Assembly (NCBI GenBank): GCA_902588595.1
Contig: CACIPT010000001.1
Coordinates: forward strand, 11,948 to 75,947
Length of the DNA stretch: 64,000 nt
From: an uncultured Pelagibacteraceae bacterium
GTDB lineage: Bacteria > Pseudomonadota > Alphaproteobacteria > Pelagibacterales > Pelagibacteraceae
Direction of reading: 5' to 3'
Shown here: positions 9,969 through 19,354 of the stretch, in pieces
How positions within the stretch are numbered: the stretch's first letter is position 1
Layout of the letters: each line of letters begins with the position of its first letter
Made by a program: the position numbers and the translations under genes
Notes under the pieces: generated by a model
Database searches by the model: none
What the model saw: the letters and a program-made list of their open reading frames with translations, nothing else
What the model was told of the DNA's origin: nothing

Positions 9969-10045
9969 AGCGATACATAACTCGTCGTTATTTCCAATAC
10001 GAAAGTGGGATAGGTCCTTTAAATTTTTATGTTTAAGGAAAAAAA
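9969..10045 (+). promoter_or_regulatory. Candidate structured 5' leader of the LLM operon
   Basis: Locally GC-rich; three possible hairpins, the last pairing CCTT..AAAT with GTTTAAGG over the Shine-Dalgarno. Confidence 0.3.
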
Positions 10046-11215
10046 ATGAAGTTTGGATATTTTTGTAACACTACTAACTGGAATCATAAACCTTACGATA
10101 AACTACTAGATGAGACAAGAAATATAGCAACTTATTGTGACGAAAATAATTGGAGCTCTATTTGGTTTAGTGAACATCATTTTAATCATGAGGGAATGGA
10201 ATCTTGTACAAACCCTTTGATGATGGGAACTGATACAGCTGCAAGAACTAAAAAAATTAGAATTGGACAAGCCGCAAATATAATTACTTTTCATAATCCA
10301 ATAAGATTAGCAGAAGATATTGCAACACTTGATCAGCTATCAAAAGGAAGAGTTGAGGTTGGTGTTGGAAGAGGTATTTATGGTCGAGAAGCAATGAACA
10401 TGAATTTGGAAGCTGATTTAAAAGACCAAGCAAAAAATTTTAGATTATTTGAAGAGACATTAACAATATTAAAAAAAGCATGGACGGAAAAATTCTTTTC
10501 ACATAAAGGAGAATTTTATACCTATCCATCTCCAAATTTTGTTTGGCAACATGATATGAGTCCACCAAATAAAGAATTCATGAATCTAGAAGATAATACT
10601 ATGGAAAAGATTAGTGTCGTTCCTCAGACTTATCAAAAACCACATCCACCAATTCACCAAGTTGTTGATGGTATTAGATCAATTGAATGGGCAGCACAAA
10701 ATGGAATTAATGTAATTATGTGGATACCAACAGTAAAAGCATTAAAAATTAAATTTGAAGCATATCAAAAGGCAAAATCAGAAAAGGAAAAAAGAAATGT
10801 TGCTTTAGGAGAAGGAGTGACTTTAGTTAGAGATATGTTTGTTGCTGATACTATGGAAGAGGCTAAAGAAAAAGCAGGACAACATATGGTAAATTATATG
10901 AAATGGGTATGTCATTGGAGAGGTCTTGGAAACCACATGGATCCTGGTGAAGAATTGCCTGAGACGAAAGGTAAGTTAGATTTACTAAGCTATGATTTTC
11001 TTCATAAACGTAACATGCTGTTTGGAACACCTGAGTATGTAATTGATAAAATTCATGAGTTAAAATCAGAACTTAATTTGCAAAATCTTCAGGTATGGTC
11101 AAACTTTCCTGGAGTTAAACATGAAGACTGCATGAAAAGTATTAAAATGTTCACTGAAAAAGTCATGCCCCACTTTAAAGACGATTTCAATCCTGAAGTT
11201 AAAAAAGTTTCGTGA
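10046..11215 (+). CDS. Luciferase-like (LLM class) flavin-dependent monooxygenase
   Basis: MKFGYF, WFSEHHF, PIRLAEDIATLDQLSKGRVEVGVGRG, QKPHPPI, FGTPEYV, MFTEKVMPHF. Confidence 0.92.
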   Translation: MKFGYFCNTTNWNHKPYDKLLDETRNIATYCDENNWSSIWFSEHHFNHEGMESCTNPLMMGTDTAARTKKIRIGQAANIITFHNPIRLAEDIATLDQLSKGRVEVGVGRGIYGREAMNMNLEADLKDQAKNFRLFEETLTILKKAWTEKFFSHKGEFYTYPSPNFVWQHDMSPPNKEFMNLEDNTMEKISVVPQTYQKPHPPIHQVVDGIRSIEWAAQNGINVIMWIPTVKALKIKFEAYQKAKSEKEKRNVALGEGVTLVRDMFVADTMEEAKEKAGQHMVNYMKWVCHWRGLGNHMDPGEELPETKGKLDLLSYDFLHKRNMLFGTPEYVIDKIHELKSELNLQNLQVWSNFPGVKHEDCMKSIKMFTEKVMPHFKDDFNPEVKKVS

Positions 11216-12906
11216 ATAAATCAAAGAGCCTAACTGGCGGTCAAGCTGCAATTAAATCATTAAAAAAAGAAAAAGTTAAACATATTTTTGGTTTAATTGG
11301 TTCAGCCACTATGGAAATGTTTGATGCTCTTTATCATGAAAAAAAAATTAAATTTATTGGCGTTAGAGATGAAAGAACAGGAACGCATATGGCTGATGGA
11401 TATGCAAGAGCATCTAATCAACCTGGTGTAATACTTGCGGGACAAAATGGTCCAGGCGCAACAAATTTAGTTACTGGAATTGCACAAGCTAAAGCGGCAT
11501 TTTCACCAGTTGTTTCAATTGCAGGATCATATTCTACAAAAGATAAAATAGAAGATGCTTTTCAAGGTCTAGACCAGCAGTCCTTATTTAAACCAATAAC
11601 TAAAAAAACTTGGACAGTAAAAAATGTAAATAAAATTCCAAAAGTATTTAGTGATGCTTTTAAATTAACAATGTCACCTAGAAGAGGTCCTGTGTGTATT
11701 AATTTACCAAGAAATATTTTAGCAAATAAAGCCAATTTTAAAATTAATGAAAAAAAACAATCTTTTGAAAATCAAAATTTTACTAAAGGAAAGTCTAGTT
11801 ATATAAAAAAAGCTGTAAAAATTATTAGTAGTTCAAATAAGATAGTCATTATTGCTGGGGGTGGAATTAAATACACTTCAAAATACAAACATGTAATAAA
11901 ATTAGCAGAATTATTAAATATACCTATGGTAACAGCAGCTGGGCATGGGGATGCTATACCATTTAATCATAAATTAAATGCTGGACAGATGGGACCAAGA
12001 GGAAATCCAGTTGCGTCTAAGTTAGTTAAAGAAGCAAATGTAATAATCGCTCTTGGAACAAGACTGGGATTTAATTCGACTTTTTATTCTTACGAAAATA
12101 TAAATAAACAAGCAAAGATCATACAAGTTGAATTAGAAAAAAGTATGATAGGTAAATATTTTCCTGTTGCAGTTGGAATTAATGGAGATGCTAGTACAAT
12201 TGCTGACCAATTATATAAGGAAATTAAAAAGCAAAATATAATTTTAAATATAAAAAAATGGACAAATAATTATTTAAATGAAAGAAACAAATTTTTAATT
12301 AAAAGAGACAAAATTAAACAGAAAGATTTTCCAATCCAACCAAATAGCCTGTTTAAACAATTGAGACAAGTTCTTCCAAAAAATTCAGCAATAACTTTAG
12401 ATGCAGGCACTCTTTGCTTGCAAGCAACTGATGCTCTTGAATATTATGATCCTCCTTCTCTATTTACTCCTTTAGATTTTGGATTAGTTGGATTTTCTTT
12501 TGCATGTGGCTTGGGTGTAAAAGTTGCAAAACCTAATAAAAAAGTAATTAGTCTCATGGGAGATGGTGGATTCGGAATGACTATTTCAGAATTAAGTACT
12601 GCCGTAGAATATGGAATTAATACAATAACAATAGTGATGAACAATAGAAGTTGGGGAGCTGAAAAAGCTTACCAAAAAGATTTTTATGGCAAAAGATATC
12701 TTGGAGCTGATATTGCCAGTCCACCATTTGACAAAATTGCTGAGCTTTATGGTGCTAGAGGCTTAAAAGTTAAAAAAGTTTCAGAAATAAACCAAGCAGT
12801 CAGAGAAGCTTTAAAAATAAACAAGCCAGTTGTCATTGATGTTGATGTAAATCCAAAAGCACTATACAGTTTTAGAAGAGATAGTTTTAAACATAGAACA
12901 AAATAA
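11212..12906 (+). CDS. ThDP-dependent enzyme, sulfoacetaldehyde acetyltransferase (Xsc)-like branch of the acetolactate synthase family
   Basis: FGLIGSA, RDERTGTHMADGYAR, QNGPGATN, ThDP motif GDGGFGM...NN, WGAEK. Confidence 0.82.
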   Translation: MNKSKSLTGGQAAIKSLKKEKVKHIFGLIGSATMEMFDALYHEKKIKFIGVRDERTGTHMADGYARASNQPGVILAGQNGPGATNLVTGIAQAKAAFSPVVSIAGSYSTKDKIEDAFQGLDQQSLFKPITKKTWTVKNVNKIPKVFSDAFKLTMSPRRGPVCINLPRNILANKANFKINEKKQSFENQNFTKGKSSYIKKAVKIISSSNKIVIIAGGGIKYTSKYKHVIKLAELLNIPMVTAAGHGDAIPFNHKLNAGQMGPRGNPVASKLVKEANVIIALGTRLGFNSTFYSYENINKQAKIIQVELEKSMIGKYFPVAVGINGDASTIADQLYKEIKKQNIILNIKKWTNNYLNERNKFLIKRDKIKQKDFPIQPNSLFKQLRQVLPKNSAITLDAGTLCLQATDALEYYDPPSLFTPLDFGLVGFSFACGLGVKVAKPNKKVISLMGDGGFGMTISELSTAVEYGINTITIVMNNRSWGAEKAYQKDFYGKRYLGADIASPPFDKIAELYGARGLKVKKVSEINQAVREALKINKPVVIDVDVNPKALYSFRRDSFKHRTK

Positions 12907-13493
12907 TGAAATTAGAATTAAGAAAATTTACAAAATTTGTTGATAAAACTTTTATTGAGGGCGGCAAAGAAGCTAAACAACCTGTATTATTAGTTTCAGT
13001 AGCAGCAGTTTTTAAAAATCCATGGGATGGTCAAGGATTTGTTGAAGATTTAAAACCTGTAATTTTAGATTTAGCTCCAAAACTTGGTGATATTTTAGTA
13101 CCAGAGTTAATAAAAGAAATTGGTTCGCCAGAAAAAATTCTAGCATATGGTAAGGCAGGAATAGTAGGATTGAATGGTGAAATTGAACATGCATCAGCAT
13201 TTATTCATACTCTAAGATTTGGAAATAAATTTAGAGATGCGGTGGGAGGAACATCTTATTTAAGTTTTACTAATACAAGAGGACCTGCTGGATCAAAAAT
13301 CTCTATACCTATGATGCATAAAACCGATTCTGGTTTAAGACCTTATTATCTAACACATGAATTTACAATTCATGACGCCCCATTTGATAATGAAATAGTA
13401 ATTGCTATTGGTGGAGCTTCTAGTGGAAGAGCTCATGCAAGAACTGGTGATAGATATCAAGACATGAAAGAAATGGGCATTGAGCCAAAGTAA
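12906..13493 (+). CDS. Amino acid synthesis family protein (AA_synth; TgnF-like)
   Basis: AAVFKNPWDG, YGKAGIVGLNGEIEHASAFIHTLRFGN, IPMMHK, GRAHARTGDRY. Confidence 0.85.
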   Translation: MKLELRKFTKFVDKTFIEGGKEAKQPVLLVSVAAVFKNPWDGQGFVEDLKPVILDLAPKLGDILVPELIKEIGSPEKILAYGKAGIVGLNGEIEHASAFIHTLRFGNKFRDAVGGTSYLSFTNTRGPAGSKISIPMMHKTDSGLRPYYLTHEFTIHDAPFDNEIVIAIGGASSGRAHARTGDRYQDMKEMGIEPK

Positions 13494-13498
13494 TTTAA

Positions 13499-14272
13499 AT
13501 GATCAATGCAAAAGATTCTAAAGGTACTTTCTATATTCTAAATAAAAAAGAAGAAACTCCAATAGTTTTAATTCATGGTGTAGGACTTAATCATAAGATT
13601 TGGGAGCCTCAAATTAATTCATTTAATAATACTGTTGTAGCATATGATATTTTAGGACATGGAAAAACATCGCTAACAAAATCAAAAATAAGCTTTGATG
13701 ATTTTTCCTTGCAGTTGCTAAATCTAATTGATGAACTAAAATTTGCAAAAATACATCTAGTTGGTTTTTCAATTGGTTCGTTAATAGCAAGAAATTTTGC
13801 TTCTAATTATAATAATAGACTAGAATCTTTAACTTTACTTTGTTCAGTTTTTAATAGAAGTAAAGAACAACAACAAATAGTTAATGATAGATTTGAATTG
13901 TCTAAAAAAAGCAGATCTTTATCAAAACAAGCTCTCAAAAGATGGTTCACAGATGATTATATAAGTAAAAATCCAAATATTTATGAAAAAATTTGTTCTA
14001 TGCTCGAAGAAAATAATATGGAGAATTTCTTAAATGTTTATGAGTTATTCGTTAAACACCAGGATAATGAAAAATTTGAAAATATAAAAACAAAAACACT
14101 AATTATGACTGGAGAAAATGATATTGGATCAACTCCTGAAATGTCAAAAAATTTAAGTAAAAAAATCGCTAATTCTAAAGTTAAAATAATAAGCAATGGA
14201 AAACATCTCTGTAGTATTGAGTGTGCAGATGATGTAAATAACGCTATTAAGGAACATATAAAAAATGACTAA
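13499..14272 (+). CDS. Alpha/beta hydrolase (enol-lactonase/TgnD-like)
   Basis: LIHGVGL, YDILGHG, GFSIGS, TGENDIGSTP, GKHL. Confidence 0.85.
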   Translation: MINAKDSKGTFYILNKKEETPIVLIHGVGLNHKIWEPQINSFNNTVVAYDILGHGKTSLTKSKISFDDFSLQLLNLIDELKFAKIHLVGFSIGSLIARNFASNYNNRLESLTLLCSVFNRSKEQQQIVNDRFELSKKSRSLSKQALKRWFTDDYISKNPNIYEKICSMLEENNMENFLNVYELFVKHQDNEKFENIKTKTLIMTGENDIGSTPEMSKNLSKKIANSKVKIISNGKHLCSIECADDVNNAIKEHIKND

Positions 14273-15746
14273 ACTCAAACAATATAAAATGTTTATCGAT
14301 GGAGAATGGGTAGACTCTGATACTAAAAAAACTTTTGAAACTTTGAATCCAGAAAATAATAAGCCATGGGCTGTAGTTCCTGAAGCAAGTGCAAATGATG
14401 TTGATAGAGCAGTAAAAGCAGCACAGAAAGCATTTGAAGGAGAATGGCCAAAGTTGCTTCCAAGAGAAAGAGGTAAATATTTAAGAGCGATAGCAGATAA
14501 GCTTAGAAAGAATGCTGAGTTACTTGGAGAAATTGAAACGATTGATACTGGAAAATTATTTAGAGAAACAAAAAAGCAAGCAAACTATATTGCAGAATAT
14601 TATGACTATTATGCTGGTATGGCAGATAAAGTTGAAGGAACAGTTTTACCTATAGATAAACCAAATATTCAAGCAATAACCACAAGAGTACCAATAGGTG
14701 TTATAGCTGCGATCATTCCTTGGAACTCACAGATGTTATTGACAGTAACTAAACTAGCCCCTGCTTTAGCAATGGGAAATACAGTTGTTATAAAATCATC
14801 TGAGCTAGCCCCTGCAGTATTATTTGAATTTGCAAAATTAGTTGAAGAAACAGGAATACCAAAAGGTGTTGTAAATGTTATTACAGGTTTTGGTGATCCA
14901 TGTGGAAAAGCTTTAACAACACATAACCTAGTTGAAAAAATTGCTTTTACTGGTGGGCCAGAAACTGCAAGACACATAATAAGAAATTCAGCTGAAAATT
15001 TATCTGAAGTAAGTTTGGAACTTGGAGGAAAAAGTCCAGTAGCGGTATTTGAAGATGCACATCAAGAAAATGCAATAAATGGAATTACCGCAGGAATTTT
15101 TGGTGCAAGTGGACAAAGTTGTATTGCTGGTTCAAGACTTTATTTACAAAAAGGAATTTATAATGAATTTCTAGATAAGCTTGCTGAAAGAGCAGAAAAA
15201 ATAAAAATTGGAGCACCAATGGATCCCGAAAGTGAAATGGGACCAATTGGTAATTTTAAACAATTAGAAATAATAGAAAAGAATATTAAATTAACACTAG
15301 AGCAAGGTGGAAAAATAAAATGTGGCGGCAAAAGACATTCATTTTCAAATGAAGGATATTATTTTCCTCCAACAATTATTGAATGTGACAATCATAATCT
15401 TCCAACTGCAGAAAATGAACTTTTTGGACCAATACTATCTGTAATGAAATTTGAAAAAGAAGAAGAAGTGATAGATAAAATGAATGACAATCAATATGGT
15501 TTATCCTCTGGTGTTTATACTAGCGACTTTTCAAGAGGCATGAGAGTTTCAAAGGCAATTAGAGCTGGAATTACATTTGTAAATACTTATAGATTAATAT
15601 CCCCATCTGCTCCATTTGGTGGAATGAAGGATAGTGGTTATGGTAAAGAAGCAGGCATTGAATCTATAAAAGATTATACAAGAGTAAAAACAACTTGGTA
15701 TTATACTTCAGACAAACCAACTCTTGATCCATTTTCGATGAGATAG
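14265..15746 (+). CDS. NAD(P)-dependent aldehyde dehydrogenase (TgnC-like)
   Basis: IIPWNSQ, FTGG, LELGGKSP, GQSCIAGSR, ELFGP, PFGGMKDSGYGKE; C-terminal DPFSMR. Confidence 0.93.
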   Translation: MTKLKQYKMFIDGEWVDSDTKKTFETLNPENNKPWAVVPEASANDVDRAVKAAQKAFEGEWPKLLPRERGKYLRAIADKLRKNAELLGEIETIDTGKLFRETKKQANYIAEYYDYYAGMADKVEGTVLPIDKPNIQAITTRVPIGVIAAIIPWNSQMLLTVTKLAPALAMGNTVVIKSSELAPAVLFEFAKLVEETGIPKGVVNVITGFGDPCGKALTTHNLVEKIAFTGGPETARHIIRNSAENLSEVSLELGGKSPVAVFEDAHQENAINGITAGIFGASGQSCIAGSRLYLQKGIYNEFLDKLAERAEKIKIGAPMDPESEMGPIGNFKQLEIIEKNIKLTLEQGGKIKCGGKRHSFSNEGYYFPPTIIECDNHNLPTAENELFGPILSVMKFEKEEEVIDKMNDNQYGLSSGVYTSDFSRGMRVSKAIRAGITFVNTYRLISPSAPFGGMKDSGYGKEAGIESIKDYTRVKTTWYYTSDKPTLDPFSMR

Positions 15747-15748
15747 CA

Positions 15749-16606
15749 TTGTCTCTTAAACATACATTTTTAATTTTATTTGTAATGTTTTTGCTTGGTA
15801 GCGCCTACCCTACAGCAAAACTTGGTTTAAATGAGTCTATTCCTCCAATTTTATTTGGTTCTATAAGAATGGCCATTGTATTTATATGTCTTTTACCTTT
15901 TATTAAATTAGAACTACCTAACAAAAAATATTTATTGCCACTATTAGGCTTTGCAATTTCAATGGGAGCAGGTGTAAATTTATTTTTATATTTATCTGTA
16001 AATGCATCAAATATCTTGGCTCCAATTGTTATAGGAGCTCAATTATCTATCCCTATAGCTATTATTTTTAGTTCTTTATTTATTGGAGAGTCGGTTAGCT
16101 TTAAAAAATGGATTCTAATAATTACATCTTTTTTAGGAATTATATTAATTGGATTTGATCCAAAGATTGCTGATGAAATTTTAGGTTTTTTGTTGATCTG
16201 TTGTATGGCTTTTTTTTATGCATCGTCTCAGGTATTTTCAAGATATCTAAAAGAGTTAGACGTAAAATTTAATAGTGCATTTATGGGATTAATTGGTTTT
16301 TTAATTTTATTAATTTTGTCTATTTTTTTTGAAGGAAATACAATTGAACATTTAAAAAACCTAAATAAAAAAGCTTGGTTGCTTGCTCTTCATCATGGAG
16401 TTCTCTGTTCTTTGATGGGGCACATGTCAATGTTCTATCTTTATAGATTTTATCCAGTAGGACAGGTTCTTCCTTTTTATGCTTTATTCCCAGTTTTTGG
16501 ATTAATACTAACTTTTTTAATTTTTGGAGAAATTCCAACGCTCATAATGGTCACTGGAGGAATTATTGTAATAACTTCAGTCTTTTTACTGCAAAAAACT
16601 GAATAA
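15749..16606 (+). CDS. EamA/DMT family transporter
   Basis: About ten hydrophobic segments in two repeats; IPPILFGSIR, LFIGES, FGEIP; TTG start. Confidence 0.85.
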   Translation: MSLKHTFLILFVMFLLGSAYPTAKLGLNESIPPILFGSIRMAIVFICLLPFIKLELPNKKYLLPLLGFAISMGAGVNLFLYLSVNASNILAPIVIGAQLSIPIAIIFSSLFIGESVSFKKWILIITSFLGIILIGFDPKIADEILGFLLICCMAFFYASSQVFSRYLKELDVKFNSAFMGLIGFLILLILSIFFEGNTIEHLKNLNKKAWLLALHHGVLCSLMGHMSMFYLYRFYPVGQVLPFYALFPVFGLILTFLIFGEIPTLIMVTGGIIVITSVFLLQKTE

Positions 16607-16680
16607 ATTAATCATTGAAATATTAAATTAATCATAATCTAATCACTTTATATAAATTGTTAACAATTAAAGGGAAAATT

Positions 16681-17862
16681 ATGAGAAAATTAATTTTAGC
16701 TGCATTCTTATTTGTTTCTACAATGACAACAAATACCTTTGCAGATATTAAAATGGGAGTGATATTAGGATTTACAGGCCCTATTGAATCTCTTACACCC
16801 GCAATGGCTGCATCTGCAGAATTAGCTTTTAAGGAAGCTTCAGATTCAGGTTCATTACTAGGTGGACAAAAAATATCAGTGGAAAGAGCTGACTCAACTT
16901 GTGTTGATTCTGCTGCTGCTACAACTGCTGCTCAAGGATTAGTGGACGGAGGTGTTGTCGCTATCATGGGAGCTGACTGTTCTGGAGTTACAGGTGCAAT
17001 TGCAACTAATGTTGCTGTACCAAATGGAGTAGTAATGATATCTCCATCCGCAACTTCTCCAGGATTAACTACTCTGGATGATAAAGGGTTTTTCTTTAGA
17101 ACTGCTCCGTCAGATGCAAGAGGTGGTGCAATCTTGGCTGACATTACTAAAGACAGAAAAGTTAAAAGTGTAGCGATTACTTATACAAACAATGACTATG
17201 GTAAAGGTTTATCAGATGTTTATGAAGCAGCTGTTAAAGCTCATGGTATTAAAGTTACTACTGTTCTTGCTCACGAAGAAGGTAAAGGTGACTACTCAGC
17301 TGAAGTAGCAACACTAGCGTCTGCTGGTGGAGATGCTGTAGCTGTCCTAGGTTATCTTGACCAAGCTGGAGCACAAATAATTCAGGGTTCTTTAGATGCA
17401 GGATCATTTGATAGATTTATTTTATCTGATGGTATGATCGGAGACTCATTAACTGATAAATTTGGTAAAGCTTTAAATAAATCATTTGGTTCTCTACCTG
17501 GATCAACTGGAAAAGGTGCTGGAGTTTTTGCTGGTGTAGCAAAAGCAGCTGGTATTGATTCTTCTGGTCCTTACACAGGTGAATCTTATGATGCTGCAGC
17601 TTTAATCACTCTTGCTATGCAAGCTGGTGGAAAAGCTGACAGAGCTACAGTTCAAGCAAATGTTATGGCAGTAGCAAATGCACCAGGTAAAAAAATCTAC
17701 CCAGGTGAATTAGGAAAAGCTTTAGATTTATTAGCTAAAGGAAAAGCCGTTAACTATGAAGGTGCAACAGGTGTTGAATTTACTGATGTAGGTGAAGCAT
17801 TTGGTTCTTTCTTAGAAAAAGAAGTTAAAGGCGGTAAATTTAAAACTAAAAAACAAAGATAA
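16681..17862 (+). CDS. Liv-type (HAAT family) ABC transporter substrate-binding protein
   Basis: Signal peptide from ATG 16681 (SD AGGGA; ORF track opens at 16657); GADCSGVT, MISPSATSPGLT, FFRTAPSDARGG, YDAAAL. Confidence 0.92.
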   Translation: MRKLILAAFLFVSTMTTNTFADIKMGVILGFTGPIESLTPAMAASAELAFKEASDSGSLLGGQKISVERADSTCVDSAAATTAAQGLVDGGVVAIMGADCSGVTGAIATNVAVPNGVVMISPSATSPGLTTLDDKGFFFRTAPSDARGGAILADITKDRKVKSVAITYTNNDYGKGLSDVYEAAVKAHGIKVTTVLAHEEGKGDYSAEVATLASAGGDAVAVLGYLDQAGAQIIQGSLDAGSFDRFILSDGMIGDSLTDKFGKALNKSFGSLPGSTGKGAGVFAGVAKAAGIDSSGPYTGESYDAAALITLAMQAGGKADRATVQANVMAVANAPGKKIYPGELGKALDLLAKGKAVNYEGATGVEFTDVGEAFGSFLEKEVKGGKFKTKKQR

Positions 17863-17875
17863 TACTTAATTCTTT

Positions 17876-17912
17876 AAAACCTCAGCGAAGAAATTCGCTG
17901 GGGTTTTTTTTT
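17876..17912 (+). terminator. Intrinsic terminator, probably bidirectional
   Basis: AAAACCTCAGCGAA-GAAA-TTCGCTGGGGTTTTTTTTT between convergent genes. Confidence 0.85.
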
Positions 17913-17914
17913 AT

Positions 17915-17983
17915 CTAAAAAATATATTTATCAGATAAATACATTAAAAAAGCTAACGCCATTCCTAAAAGTAAATATTTCAT
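17915..17983 (-). CDS. Putative 22-aa hydrophobic small protein MKYLLLGMALAFLMYLSDKYIF
   Basis: ATG directly abuts the permease stop codon (TAAATG); one hydrophobic helix; ends just before the terminator. Confidence 0.35.
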   Translation of the reverse strand: MKYLLLGMALAFLMYLSDKYIF

Positions 17984-19354
17984 TTAATTTTTGATTATTT
18001 TCTCCGGTAAAATTCCTTGTGGTCTAAATCTCATTATAACCAATAGTGCTGTTCCGATCACTAAAAATCTAAAATATGGAGCACTATTTATTAAATGTAC
18101 TCTAATTTCATTTGTTTCTGGCAAATGCGCTGTGAAAAGATTAATAAAAAATAGTGCGATTGGTGCTGCTTCAACCCATAAAAACCAAACAACAAAACCA
18201 CCTAAGATTGCTCCAAAATTGTTTCCTGTTCCTCCAACAATAACCATTACCCAAATAACAAATGTATATCTCATTGGTCTGTAACTTCCTGGCGTAAATA
18301 ATCCATCGTTGGTTACCATCATGGCCCCTGCTATACCAACTATTGCAGAACCTAAAATAAATATTAACAAGTGTTGTTTAACAACATTTTTTCCCATAGC
18401 TCCTGCTGCTTCTTCATTGTCTCTTATTGCTCTCATCATTCTTCCCCATGGAGAGTAAAGAGCTTTTTGAGTAACAATTAATAAAATTATAACAACAGTT
18501 AAAAATAAACCTGTAAAACAAAGTTTTACATACACCGATGAAGCATCAATAACTAACTGGTTTAAAACTTCTTGTTTTTCTGAAACAGAATTAATTAATG
18601 CTAGTTTTCCTGAGTGAAATTTTTCAACTAAATCTATAAACCAAGGTGATTGCTGAAGATTAATTTCATATGGTGCTGGCCTTTTAAGTCCAATTACATT
18701 TTTAACTCCTCTGGCCAACCAGTCTTCATGTTTGATTATTGATACAACTATTTCTGCAATTAGTAATGTGGCGATTGCTAAATAATCGGCTCTTAGACCT
18801 AACGCTACTTTTCCTACTACGAAAGCTAATCCACCCGCAAGAAATGCGCCTGCTATCCATGAAAATAGGACTGGTAGTCCAAGTCCACCTAAAAAACCTG
18901 TTTTTGCTGGTTCAACTGCTTCAATACTTTCTATAGCTGGTGCAGAAATTAATCTTAACAATAATATTCCGATTATAATTATAGCTGCTATTAAATAATT
19001 TCTTTTTTTTGATTTGTTAATTTTTTTTAAACTAAGACGAATTGAAAAAACCATTCCAATTATAACACCCAAACAAATCATCATATTTAACCCACCTACT
19101 TTCCAGGCTTCACCTACTGGTGCTACAGACACAAGTACTACAGCTAATCCTCCTAATGCGGTGTAACCCATTATTCCAAAATTAATTAAGCCAGCGTATC
19201 CCCATTGAATATTTGCACCTATGGTCATAACTGCTGAAATTAAACAGTAATTTAAAATTGTTAAGGCAAGAGACCATGATTGAAATATTCCAACTAAAAT
19301 AATTAATGTGAACATTATCAAGTATGCCGTAATTACATTTGCATATTGCTTCAT
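17984..19354 (-). CDS. Branched-chain amino acid ABC permease (LivM-like)
   Basis: NIQWGYAGLINFG, LGLRADYLAIATL, SPWGRMMRAIRDNE, VIVGGTGN. Confidence 0.92.
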   Translation of the reverse strand: MKQYANVITAYLIMFTLIILVGIFQSWSLALTILNYCLISAVMTIGANIQWGYAGLINFGIMGYTALGGLAVVLVSVAPVGEAWKVGGLNMMICLGVIIGMVFSIRLSLKKINKSKKRNYLIAAIIIIGILLLRLISAPAIESIEAVEPAKTGFLGGLGLPVLFSWIAGAFLAGGLAFVVGKVALGLRADYLAIATLLIAEIVVSIIKHEDWLARGVKNVIGLKRPAPYEINLQQSPWFIDLVEKFHSGKLALINSVSEKQEVLNQLVIDASSVYVKLCFTGLFLTVVIILLIVTQKALYSPWGRMMRAIRDNEEAAGAMGKNVVKQHLLIFILGSAIVGIAGAMMVTNDGLFTPGSYRPMRYTFVIWVMVIVGGTGNNFGAILGGFVVWFLWVEAAPIALFFINLFTAHLPETNEIRVHLINSAPYFRFLVIGTALLVIMRFRPQGILPEKIIKN

